A stretch of DNA of 64,000 nucleotides from Planctomycetota bacterium (GTDB lineage Bacteria; Planctomycetota; UBA11346): positions 11,147 to 75,146 of the forward strand of contig JANWWU010000066.1 of the NCBI GenBank assembly GCA_025055595.1, written 5' to 3'. Both the position numbers and the translations under genes were made by a program. Shown in pieces: positions 33,747-45,179 of this stretch (positions are counted from its first letter, which is position 1; each line of letters starts with the position of its first letter). Below the pieces are notes generated by a model. That model saw only the letters and a list, made by a program, of their open reading frames with translations. It did no database searches and was not told the origin of the DNA.

Positions 33747-35318
33747 ATGGCGCCCTCCGACACGCCGCGCGGAACCCGTGCGCTGCCGCCGCTCTCCGGC
33801 CGGCAGCTGGCGGCGCTGGTCCGCGAGCGCCTGCAGCAGGATCCGGCGTGGAGATCGTTCACCGTCGATCAGCGCTGGGTCTGCCCGTGGTGCCTGTCGG
33901 TGATCGGCCGCCGACCGCAGCGCAGCTGGGAGGACTCGATCGCCGCGCACCTCGAGGTGTGCCGGCACTATGCCGGCGGCAGCCGGCCGCCGCTGGCGGC
34001 CGCCGTCGTGCAAGCGCAGATCGCCTTCGAGAACCTCGTGCACCGCGCCAAGAGCGACCCGGCATGGCAGGTCTACGCGGACGGCGTGTGGATCTGCCCG
34101 GCCTGTTTGCAGCGCATCCCGCAGGTGCGGGCGATCGGCGGCAGCCCCTCGCTGCTGACCTACCGCGAGATGGTCCAGCACCTGCAGCGCTGCGCCGCCT
34201 ACGCGCGCGGCACCCTGCATCCCGTCGCGGCGGTGCGCGCGGTGATCGCGCCCCCGGCCCCGCCGCCGGTCACCCCCGCCACCGGCGCCCGCAGCCTCCC
34301 GCCGCCGGCAGCCGGCGGCGCCGCCACGCCGCTCGGCGGCGCCCGCGTCCTGCCCGCGGCCGGCCCCGCCGTGGAGCCGACCGCGGCCACCCCGCTCGGC
34401 GGCGTGCGCATCGTGCTGCCGCCCGCGGCCAGCGAGCCGCCGGTCGCCACCCCGCTCGGCACCCGCGCCCTGCCGCCGCTGCCGCCCGCGCCGAGTCCGC
34501 TGCCAGCGCCGCTGGCGCCGGAGCTCGCCTGGATGGACGAGGCCGATCGCCAGAGCGCGCGCAGCGAGGCCAGCGCTCCCCCGCCCCCCGAGGAACTGCG
34601 CCGCGCCCGCGATCTGCAGCAGCGCCTGCTCGCCGAGGCTCCGGAGATCCCCGGCTTCGCCTTCGCGACGCGCTACGAGCCTTGCGACCATGTCAGCGGC
34701 GACTTCTTCTGCTTCGTCCGCCTGCCGCACGGCGACATCGGCTTCGCGATCGGCGATGTCAGCGGCCACGGCATGCAGGCCGCGCTCGTCATGTCGATGG
34801 CCAAGAAGACGCTGGAGATCTACGCCGCGCAGGGCGGCGGACCGCGCCAGGTCCTCGCCCAGGTCAACGACGCGCTCGCCAGCGACCTCGGCGGCACGAT
34901 GTTCGTCACCGTCACCTACGCCGTCCTGTCGCCGGCGCGGCGGACGATCCGCTGGGTGCGCGCCGGGCACCCGCCGACCCTGGTGTGCAACCATCGCCTC
35001 GGCACGCAGGGCGAGATCAAGCCCGCAGGCATGGTGCTCGGGATGAAGACCGGGGCGCTGTTTTTCGACAGCCTGGAGGAATACGAGATCGATGTCGTGC
35101 CCGGCGACACCTTCCTGCTCTATACCGACGGCATCACCGAGACCACCAACCCCCAGGGCGAGGAGTTCGGCGAGGGGCGGCTCGCCGAGATCTTCGTCCG
35201 CCATGCCAGCGCCGGGGTCGAGTCCCTGCTGACGCAGATCATCGATCGCGTGCGGCATTTCCGCGGCTCGCGACCGGTCGCCGACGATCTCACGCTGCTC
35301 GCGCTCGCTGTGCCATGA
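33747..35318 (+). CDS. SpoIIE/RsbU-type (PP2C-fold) phosphatase with a novel N-terminal region: two tandem CxxC…HLxxC Zn-ribbon-like repeats plus low-complexity ATPLGG-type peptide repeats
   Basis: Track ORF. The C-terminal domain has the RsbU-like …GDVSGHGMQAALVMSMAKK…LLYTDGITE… pattern. N-terminal repeats RWVCPWCLSV…HLEVCRHYAG and VWICPACLQR…HLQRCAAYARG are visible directly. The stop overlaps the next ATG (ATGA). Confidence 0.75.
   Translation: MAPSDTPRGTRALPPLSGRQLAALVRERLQQDPAWRSFTVDQRWVCPWCLSVIGRRPQRSWEDSIAAHLEVCRHYAGGSRPPLAAAVVQAQIAFENLVHRAKSDPAWQVYADGVWICPACLQRIPQVRAIGGSPSLLTYREMVQHLQRCAAYARGTLHPVAAVRAVIAPPAPPPVTPATGARSLPPPAAGGAATPLGGARVLPAAGPAVEPTAATPLGGVRIVLPPAASEPPVATPLGTRALPPLPPAPSPLPAPLAPELAWMDEADRQSARSEASAPPPPEELRRARDLQQRLLAEAPEIPGFAFATRYEPCDHVSGDFFCFVRLPHGDIGFAIGDVSGHGMQAALVMSMAKKTLEIYAAQGGGPRQVLAQVNDALASDLGGTMFVTVTYAVLSPARRTIRWVRAGHPPTLVCNHRLGTQGEIKPAGMVLGMKTGALFFDSLEEYEIDVVPGDTFLLYTDGITETTNPQGEEFGEGRLAEIFVRHASAGVESLLTQIIDRVRHFRGSRPVADDLTLLALAVP
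34323..34490 (+). repeat. imperfect ~60-nt tandem DNA repeats (x3) encoding ATPLGG(A/V)R(V/I)LP… peptide repeats inside the RsbU-like gene
   Basis: The unit gccac(g/c)ccgctcggc(ggc)… recurs three times in-frame. Coordinates are approximate. Confidence 0.5.
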
Positions 35319-36052
35319 GACTGCAGGCCGCCGCCCTCACCCATCGCGGACGCATCCGCAACCACAACGAAGACGCCGCCTACGCCGATGCCTGGGACCG
35401 GCTGGCGGTGGTCTGCGACGGGATGGGCGGGCACGCTGGCGGACACATCGCTTCCCAGCTCGCGGTCGAGACGATCGTCGCCAGCCTCTCGTCGCTGCGC
35501 GGCGCGGCCTGGGCCGACGAGGAGCGCGTGGTCAAGGCCGTGCAGGAGGCGGTGTTCGCGGCCAACGACCGCATCCTCGCCCGCGCGCGGGTCGATGCGA
35601 CGCTGTCCGACATGGGGACGACGATCGTCCTCGGCGCCTTCATGCCCGACCGCGTGGTCACGGCCTACGTCGGCGACAGCCGGATCTATCGGATCAGCGG
35701 CCGCGAGATCGCCCAGGTCTCCGAGGACCACAGCCTGGTCGCCGAGCGCATCCGCGCCGGCCTGCTCGATCCCGACAGCGAGGAGGCCCGCCTGCTCTCC
35801 AACATCGTCACCCGCGCGCTCGGCATGGAGCAGATCACCGTCGACATGGCGGTCGAGGACCTCGCGCCCGGCGACACCTACCTGCTGTGCACCGACGGCC
35901 TGCACGACCTCGTCCGCGAGGCCGAGATGCTGCGCATCGTCCAGGGCGCGAGCACGCTCGAGCGCGCCTGCGTCGAGCTCGTCGAGCTCGCCCTGCATCG
36001 CGGCGGGCACGACAATGTCACCGTCGCCCTCGTGCGCGCGCTCGCGGAGTGA
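35315..36052 (+). CDS. PP2C-family Ser/Thr protein phosphatase (Stp-like)
   Basis: ATG at 35315 inside track ORF 31106..36052; the upstream ~1400 codons of that ORF are junk. Motifs …THRGRIRNHNED…VCDGMGGHAGG…DSRIY…TDGL…GGHDNVT…. Confidence 0.85.
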   Translation: MRLQAAALTHRGRIRNHNEDAAYADAWDRLAVVCDGMGGHAGGHIASQLAVETIVASLSSLRGAAWADEERVVKAVQEAVFAANDRILARARVDATLSDMGTTIVLGAFMPDRVVTAYVGDSRIYRISGREIAQVSEDHSLVAERIRAGLLDPDSEEARLLSNIVTRALGMEQITVDMAVEDLAPGDTYLLCTDGLHDLVREAEMLRIVQGASTLERACVELVELALHRGGHDNVTVALVRALAE

Positions 36053-36054
36053 GC

Positions 36055-36615
36055 ATGGCCCCCTTCGATCTCGCCGCCGACAACAGCGCCCTGCTGCTGA
36101 TCGATGTCCAGGAGCGCTTCCTGCCCGCGATCCCCGAGATCGCCGGCGAGCGCCCGGTCGGACGCTGCTGCCGGCTGCTGCTCGAGAGCGCGCGCGACCT
36201 CGCGGTGCCGATCCTCGTCAGCGAGCAGTACCCGCAGGGCCTGGGACCGACGCTCGCGCACCTGCAGGAGGCGCTGGCCGGCGCGCCGCGCCATCCGAAG
36301 ACCGCCTTCAGCTGCTGCCGCGACGCCGGCCTGGCGCGCGCGATCGCCGCCCTGCATCGCTCCTGGTGGGTGCTCGCCGGCATCGAGGCTCATGTCTGCG
36401 TGCTCGCCACCGCCGCCGATCTCCTCGCGCAGGGCCGACGCGTCGTCATCGCCGCCGACGCCGTCGCCAGCCGCGACGCTCGCCACGCCGCCTGGGCGCT
36501 GCAGGCGGCGCGCGACCTCGGCGCCCTGGCGTTGCCGGCCGAGACGGTGATCTTCGCCTGGCTCGGCGACGCCGCGCATCCCGCCTTCAAGCGGGTGGCG
36601 GCGCGGCTGCGCTGA
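36055..36615 (+). CDS. isochorismatase-family hydrolase
   Basis: M at residue 57 of track ORF 35887..36615 (MAPFDLAADNSALLLIDVQERF…). Starts 3 nt after the PP2C stop. Confidence 0.8.
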   Translation: MAPFDLAADNSALLLIDVQERFLPAIPEIAGERPVGRCCRLLLESARDLAVPILVSEQYPQGLGPTLAHLQEALAGAPRHPKTAFSCCRDAGLARAIAALHRSWWVLAGIEAHVCVLATAADLLAQGRRVVIAADAVASRDARHAAWALQAARDLGALALPAETVIFAWLGDAAHPAFKRVAARLR

Positions 36616-37336
36616 GCGGCGGTGCGCCCTCGGTCATCTCGAGGAAGCGCGCCTCGAGGTCGCCGCCGGCGCTGAGCTCGGCGACCGTGCCCTGGGCGAT
36701 GATCCGGCCGTGGTTGATCACCGACACGCGGTCGCAGGAGGCCTCGACCGTCGACAGCGTGTGCGTGCTCATCAGCACCGCGCCGCCATCCCGCGCCAGC
36801 GCGCGGAACAGGTCGAGCGTGATGCGGATGTGCCTGGGGTCGAGGCCGACCAGCGGCTCGTCGACGATCAGCAGGCGCGGGCGATGCAGCCAGGCGGCGG
36901 CGAGCACGACGCGCTGGCGCTGGCCGTGGCTGTAGCCCTCGGCCAGGCGGTCCCAGAAGCCGGAGAGGTGGAAGAGGTCGTCGCACTCCCGCAGGCGCTC
37001 GGCGAAGGTCGCGCGATCGAGGCCGTAGACGCGGGCGGTGAAATCGAGGAACTCGCGGCCGGTCAGCCGCTCGAAGAGGTAGGGCTCGTCCGGCACATAG
37101 GCGAGGACGCGGCGCGCCGCCTGGCCGTCGCGGACGGCGTCGCAGCCGTCGACGAGGATCTCGCCGGCATCGGGCTGCAGCAGGCCGACGATCATCCGCA
37201 TCGTCGTCGTCTTGCCGGCGCCGTTGGGACCGAGGAAGGCGTGGACCTCGCCCGGCGGCACCGCGAGCGACAGGTCGTCGACCGCGACCAGGCTGCCGAA
37301 GCGCTTGCTGACCTGCCGCAGGACGAGCAGGCTCAT
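36587..37336 (-). CDS. ABC transporter ATP-binding protein
   Basis: M at residue 12 of track ORF 36587..37369. Walker A GPNGAGKTT, signature YSHGQRQR, Walker B LLIVDEP. Confidence 0.85.
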   Translation of the reverse strand: MSLLVLRQVSKRFGSLVAVDDLSLAVPPGEVHAFLGPNGAGKTTTMRMIVGLLQPDAGEILVDGCDAVRDGQAARRVLAYVPDEPYLFERLTGREFLDFTARVYGLDRATFAERLRECDDLFHLSGFWDRLAEGYSHGQRQRVVLAAAWLHRPRLLIVDEPLVGLDPRHIRITLDLFRALARDGGAVLMSTHTLSTVEASCDRVSVINHGRIIAQGTVAELSAGGDLEARFLEMTEGAPPLSAAAPPPA

Positions 37337-37373
37337 GCCGCGATGCTGCGGCGCGCCGGCGCGCGGCAAGCCG

Positions 37374-38192
37374 TCAGGCGAGCAGCTCGGTCAGATCCTC
37401 CGGCGGATGGCGGATGCCGATGAAGAAGGGGCCGAACTCGGCGTACCAGGCGCTCGCCGGATCGTAGCGCATCTCGGTGACCAGCTTCTTGAAGACCAGC
37501 GGATCGTCGGCGTGCAGGTCGACGCCCCACTCCCAGCTGTCGAGGCCGATCGCGCCGCTGATCACCTGCACGACGCGCTCGCGGTAGCGCGCGCCGACCT
37601 GGCCGTGGCCGCGCATCAGCTGTCGCCGCTCCTCGCTGGAGAGCGCATACCAGTTGCGCTGCTCGCCGCGCCGCTTGCTCATCGGGTAGAAGCAGAGGTG
37701 GCGCTGCGCGGGGATGCGCCGGAACAGCCGGGCATCGAGCTCGGCGGTCAGGCGCGCCAGCTCCTCGCGGTAGGCCTCCTCGTAGCCGGGATCCTCGGGC
37801 CGCCGGCCGCGCGCCGCGAGGGCGCGGCGCGCCGCGGCGCTCGCCTCGTAGAGCCCGAGCTCGATCACCGAGAGGAAGGAGAAGCTCGGCTTGAGGAACT
37901 CGTGCAGGCGCAGGCGGCGGAAGCTGAGCTCGACCTCGTCGAGGGCCTCGACGCTGTCGCGATAGTGCAGGAACAGGAGATCGGCCTTCTGGCCGACGAC
38001 GCTGTACATCGCGCTGTCGCCGCGCGCCGCGCCCTGCATGCGCTCGAGCCAGGCCTGGGCCTCGGCGATCATCTCGATGCCGGCGGAGCAGGCGCGCCAG
38101 CGCGGCCAGTCGACGACATAGCAGTCGTGGAGGACGAACCAGCCCTCGCGGGTCTCCGGGACTTCCGGACTCGGATGCGGGGACTCGCTCAT
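37374..38192 (-). CDS. chlorite dismutase-family protein (HemQ/coproheme decarboxylase-like)
   Basis: Track ORF. Contains …LCFYPMSKRRGEQRNWY… matching the Cld/HemQ family signature. Confidence 0.7.
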   Translation of the reverse strand: MSESPHPSPEVPETREGWFVLHDCYVVDWPRWRACSAGIEMIAEAQAWLERMQGAARGDSAMYSVVGQKADLLFLHYRDSVEALDEVELSFRRLRLHEFLKPSFSFLSVIELGLYEASAAARRALAARGRRPEDPGYEEAYREELARLTAELDARLFRRIPAQRHLCFYPMSKRRGEQRNWYALSSEERRQLMRGHGQVGARYRERVVQVISGAIGLDSWEWGVDLHADDPLVFKKLVTEMRYDPASAWYAEFGPFFIGIRHPPEDLTELLA

Positions 38193-38286
38193 GCCGCCAC
38201 CTTAGCGGCGCTGCGCGCCGCGCCAAGCGCGCGGAGAGCGTCGCGCGCCGCGGTTGCCGCGCGCGCGACGACCATAAGCCGAACGG

Positions 38287-41122
<2,836 letters not shown>

Positions 41123-41148
<26 letters not shown>

Positions 41149-42037
41149 CGAGCTCGGGATCGGCGAGGCGGACGACCGACCACGGCGGCACCGAGCGCGT
41201 CAGCCAGACATTGCCGCCGATCACGCTGTGCGCGCCGACGACGGTGTCGCCGCCGAGGATCGTCGCGCCGGCGTAGATCGTCACATGGTCCTCGAGGTCG
41301 GGGTGGCGCTTGTTGGCGGCCCCGCGCACCAGCTCGCCGTCGGCGCCGCGCGCCAGCGGGTTCCAGGCGACGAGGCCGACGCCCTGGTAGAGCAGGCAGC
41401 GCTTGCCGATGCGGCTGGTCTCGCCGATCACCACGCCGGTGCCGTGATCGATGAAGAAGCTCTCGTCGATCGCCGCCCCGGGATGGATGTCGATGCCGGT
41501 GCGGCCGTGCGCGTGCTCGGTCAGCATCCGCGGCAGCAGCGGGATCCCGCGGCGATACAGGCGGTGGGCGAAGCGCTGGATGCTGACGGCGACGATCGAG
41601 GGATAGGCGAGGACGACGACCTCGCGCTCGCTGGCCGCCGGATCATTGGCGTAGGCCCACTCGACATCGGTGATGACCAGCTCGCGGACGGCGACGAGGT
41701 CGGCGAGCAATTCGGCGACCAGGCCGCGCAGCGCCGCCGGCTCCGGCTCGCTGCCGCCTTCGCGGCGCGCCTGGTAGCGGCAGGCGCGCGCCACCTGCTC
41801 GAGCAGCGTGCCTTCGAAGGCGGCGAGGCGCGCGCAGAGGAAGTCGTCGAGGCGCGCGCCGCCGACCGGCTCGGCGACGAAGTAGCCGGGGAAGAGCAGG
41901 GTCAGCAGCTGGCGGGCGAGCAGGGCGACGCTCTCGCGGTCGGGCAGGCTGGCCTCGTTGACCCCGGGCTGGCGCTGGTAGGCGGCGCGCAGCCGCCTGG
42001 CGACCTCGGCGAGGCTGGCGAACAGGGCATCGCTCAT
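41123..42037 (-). CDS. cysE: serine O-acetyltransferase
   Basis: M at residue 146 of track ORF 41123..42472 (MSDALFASLAEV…). Hexapeptide-repeat C-terminus. The start overlaps the stop of the upstream M48 peptidase gene. Confidence 0.9.
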
Positions 42038-43974
42038 GGGGGATTCCTCAGCAAGCGCGGCAGGGGCAGCAGCGCCTCGCCGGGTTGGCGCGCGGCGTTG
42101 GTGCGCGCCGCGCCGAGGCGCCGCTCGTAGAGCGCGGCGTGCTCCTCGCGTCCTCGCCCGTCCTGGCGGCGATCGGCGGCGAGGCCGGCGAGCGCCCGCT
42201 CCCAGGCCTGCGCGGCGCGCGTCCAGTCGCGCTCGAGGAAGCGGATGCAGGCGATCGTATCCCACAGGCCGTGGGCGGCGGCCGGCGGCAGGCGCTCGGC
42301 GGCCTGCTCCAGCCGCGGCAGGAGGCGGCGGGCCTGCGCGAGGTCCTGGGCCGTCGGCTCGGCGCTGCCGGCGACCAGCGCGTAGGCCCAGGCGTTGTCG
42401 ACCATCAGCTCCAGGCTGGCGTCGCCGAGCCGCATCACCGCCAGCGCCGCCAGGCGGTGGCGCAGTGGCCACAGCTCGTCGTCGCCGCCCAGCCGCTCGA
42501 TCGCGCCGAGCTGCAGCCAGGCCAGGCGCTGGCGCTCGCCGGCATCGACCGCGCCGAGCCAGGCGATCAGCGGGCCGCTGTCGCCGTGATCGGCGGCGGC
42601 GAGGCCCCGCGCCAGCGCCGGCTCCTCGCTCGACCAGGCCGCCAGCTCCTGCACCGGATCCGCGACCTGGCGCGCGGCGCGCACCGGATCGAGCAGCAGG
42701 CTGGCGACGAAGAGCGCGCAGACAGCGAGGAAGGCGACGATGGCGAGGCGCATGCGGGCGACCAGGCGATGGTGAGCGGCGGCGAGCTCAGCATTGCGCG
42801 CGCAGGCGCGCAGGAAGCGGACGCGCTCGCGGATCGAGCGGTGCCGCCAGCTCGGCTCGTCCTCCGGGGTCCCGGAGAGCCGGGCGACCGCCTGCAGGGC
42901 CGAGGTCATCGCCGTCGTGCCGGCGAGCTGCGCGCCGGCGAGGTCGGCCTGCCGCTCGCAGGCGCGGCTGAGCGCGGCGAAGGGCCCGCGGATCCAGCCC
43001 AGCAGCAGGACGCCGAGGACGGCGATCGCCAGCCAGTCCTCGGGCAGCGCCGCCAGCTCCGGCCACCGGGCGAGCAGCGACTCGCCCAGCGCCGCCAGCC
43101 ACTCGAGCAGCAGCCAGTTGGCGAGCATCGCGCACAGCGCGAAGGCGAGGTAGAGCCAGAGATGCCCGTGGCGATGGTGACCGAGCTCGTGGCCGATCAC
43201 CGCCCGCACCTGCTCGGCGGGCAGGTCGGCGAGCAGGTCGTCGCTGACCAGGACCCAGCGCAGCCGCGGCAGGATGCCGATCGCCAGCGCGTTGTGCACG
43301 GCGCCGCCGGCGGAGCGCCACAGGCACAGCCGCGCGATCCCGGCGCAGTCGCGCTCGAGCAGCCGGCGCAGCTCGCCAGGAGGCAGCGGCTGCGCGCCCC
43401 ATAGCGGCAGCAGGGCGAGCGGCAGGAAGGCGAGCAGGCCGAGGACGAGAAGCCAGCCGCCGAGCAGGGAGAGCAGCAGGCCCTGCCAGCCGCTGAACCA
43501 CGCCAGGGTGCCGAACTCGCGCCCGAACCACTCGCAGAGGTCGATGATCGGCAGCACGAGCAGCACCGGTGCCAGCTCGAAGCGCAGATGATGCAGGACC
43601 AGGGCGCGGCGCGTCCACGGCACGCCGCTGATGCGGCTGATCGCCGGCGCCAGGCCCCACCACAGGCTGGCGTGCATCAGCACCCAGGGCAGCAGCGCGA
43701 GCGTCCAGCCCGGGGCCCAGGCCGCCCAGCCCCAGCGCCAGCACAGGAGCGCGAAGACGGCGAGGCCGCCGAGCTGCCCGCCGCGCTCGACCGCGCGCAG
43801 GGCGCGCCGGTCGCCGTGGCGCGCCAGCCAGTTGCCGACGCCGATCACCCCGAGCGCCCAGCCCGCCACCAGCAGCAAGGCGGCGAGCACAGTGCTCTGC
43901 GCGTCCGCCACCGGACGCGCGGCGAACACCTGGAGCACGAGCAGCGCGGCGAGCACCGGCAGCAGTGCGCCCAT
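42034..43974 (-). CDS. M48-family Zn metalloprotease (HtpX-like, HELGHH) with multiple TM helices and a ~250-aa C-terminal helical extension
   Basis: M at residue 184 of track ORF 42034..44523 (MGALLPVLAALLVLQVF…). 'cat' at 43972-43974. HExxH motif …VIGHELGHHRHGH…. Confidence 0.75.
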   Translation of the reverse strand: MGALLPVLAALLVLQVFAARPVADAQSTVLAALLLVAGWALGVIGVGNWLARHGDRRALRAVERGGQLGGLAVFALLCWRWGWAAWAPGWTLALLPWVLMHASLWWGLAPAISRISGVPWTRRALVLHHLRFELAPVLLVLPIIDLCEWFGREFGTLAWFSGWQGLLLSLLGGWLLVLGLLAFLPLALLPLWGAQPLPPGELRRLLERDCAGIARLCLWRSAGGAVHNALAIGILPRLRWVLVSDDLLADLPAEQVRAVIGHELGHHRHGHLWLYLAFALCAMLANWLLLEWLAALGESLLARWPELAALPEDWLAIAVLGVLLLGWIRGPFAALSRACERQADLAGAQLAGTTAMTSALQAVARLSGTPEDEPSWRHRSIRERVRFLRACARNAELAAAHHRLVARMRLAIVAFLAVCALFVASLLLDPVRAARQVADPVQELAAWSSEEPALARGLAAADHGDSGPLIAWLGAVDAGERQRLAWLQLGAIERLGGDDELWPLRHRLAALAVMRLGDASLELMVDNAWAYALVAGSAEPTAQDLAQARRLLPRLEQAAERLPPAAAHGLWDTIACIRFLERDWTRAAQAWERALAGLAADRRQDGRGREEHAALYERRLGAARTNAARQPGEALLPLPRLLRNPP

Positions 43975-44049
43975 GCCGGGATGCTGCGTCGGCGGCCAGC
44001 GGCGCCAGAGCCGGGCTTTGCCGCTTCCGCCGGCGACGACACTCGCGTC

Positions 44050-44574
44050 ATGGCAGAAGCGCCGGAACAGCTCGCTCGCCTGCGCGCCGCCTGCCTCGAC
44101 GCGCTCTGCCTCGGCGCGCCGCCGCCGGCCGCCGACTGCGCGGCGTGGCTGACCGAGGTCGTGCCGCCGGGCACGGCGCGCGGCGTCGCCGAGGTCCCGG
44201 AGCCGTGGCGCGCGGCGCTCGCCTGGTGCGGGGTGCCGCTCGCTCGCGGTCCGCTGCGCTGGGGCGTCGATCTCCGCGTCGCCCCCGCGCTCGCCGCCCC
44301 GCGCCGCCGCGGCCGGCGGCTCGAGCTGCCCGCCGCCGAGCAGCTGTCCCAGCTCAGCGCGGTCGCGCTGCAGCCGCTGCGGCGCTTCATCGCCGAACGG
44401 CTCGGCTTCCGCCTGCAGATGGCGCCGGGGGTGCGGCTGTGGCTGTGGCCGGAGCGCGCGCTCGTGCTCTCGCTGCGCCCGCAGCCGCTGCTCGGCTTCT
44501 GCTACGGCCCGAGCCCGGGGCACCGCGTCTACCTCGAGCTGCCGCCCTGGGGCTGGCAGACGATCGCATGGTAG
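44050..44574 (+). CDS. hypothetical protein
   Basis: M at residue 155 of track ORF 43588..44574 (MAEAPEQLARLRAACLDAL…). Composition is moderately clean. The stop overlaps the ATG of the next gene. The alternative start at M132 (43981) is equally possible. Confidence 0.4.
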   Translation: MAEAPEQLARLRAACLDALCLGAPPPAADCAAWLTEVVPPGTARGVAEVPEPWRAALAWCGVPLARGPLRWGVDLRVAPALAAPRRRGRRLELPAAEQLSQLSAVALQPLRRFIAERLGFRLQMAPGVRLWLWPERALVLSLRPQPLLGFCYGPSPGHRVYLELPPWGWQTIAW

Positions 44575-45179
44575 ACGACAAGCGCGCCCTGCGCGCCGCG
44601 CTGCGCGCGGCGCGGCGCGCGCTGCCGCTGGCGCAGCGCGCGCGCGAGGCCGCGGCCGCCGTCGCGGCCTGCGCCCCGCTGAGCGCTGTCGAGGCCCTCG
44701 CCAGCTACGCCGCGCTGCCCGAGGAGCTCGACCTCGCGCCGCTGCATGCCGCGCGCTGGCAGCGCGGGCTGGCGGTGTACCTGCCGCGGGTCGTCGCCCG
44801 CGAGCTGGTCTGGCACGCGGTGCGCGATGCGGCCGAGCTGCGACCGGGCTACCGCGGGATCCCGGAGCCCGATCCCGACCTGCCGCTGTGCGCCCTGCCG
44901 CCGAACTGCCTGGTCCTCGTGCCGGGCCTCGGCTTCACCGCCGACGGCGCACGCCTCGGCCAGGGCGGCGGCTACTATGACCGCCTGCTCGCCGCACGGC
45001 CCGACCTGCGCAGCGTCGGCGTCGGCTTCTCCTGCCAGCTGCTGCCCGCGCTGCCGCAGGCCGCCCACGACCAGCGCCTCGGCGCCGTGCTGATCGCCGG
45101 GCAGTGGTTCCCGAGCGACGCCGTGGCGCGGCTCAGCGCTGGACGATCGGCAGGTACTGCAGCGGAATCTGCAGGATGA
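44568..45179 (+). CDS. 5-formyltetrahydrofolate cyclo-ligase (MTHFS)
   Basis: ATG within track ORF 43965..45179 (MVDDKRALRAALRAARRALP…GGGYYDRLL…). About 203 aa, typical for MTHFS. Confidence 0.75.
   Translation: MVDDKRALRAALRAARRALPLAQRAREAAAAVAACAPLSAVEALASYAALPEELDLAPLHAARWQRGLAVYLPRVVARELVWHAVRDAAELRPGYRGIPEPDPDLPLCALPPNCLVLVPGLGFTADGARLGQGGGYYDRLLAARPDLRSVGVGFSCQLLPALPQAAHDQRLGAVLIAGQWFPSDAVARLSAGRSAGTAAESAG

Noticed and set aside
31106-35314. Upstream ~1400 codons of the 1648-aa plus-strand ORF whose tail is the PP2C gene
   Set aside because: Only the last 245 codons (from ATG 35315) resemble a protein family. The rest is out-of-frame read-through across the ferredoxin, hisS and rsbU-like loci.
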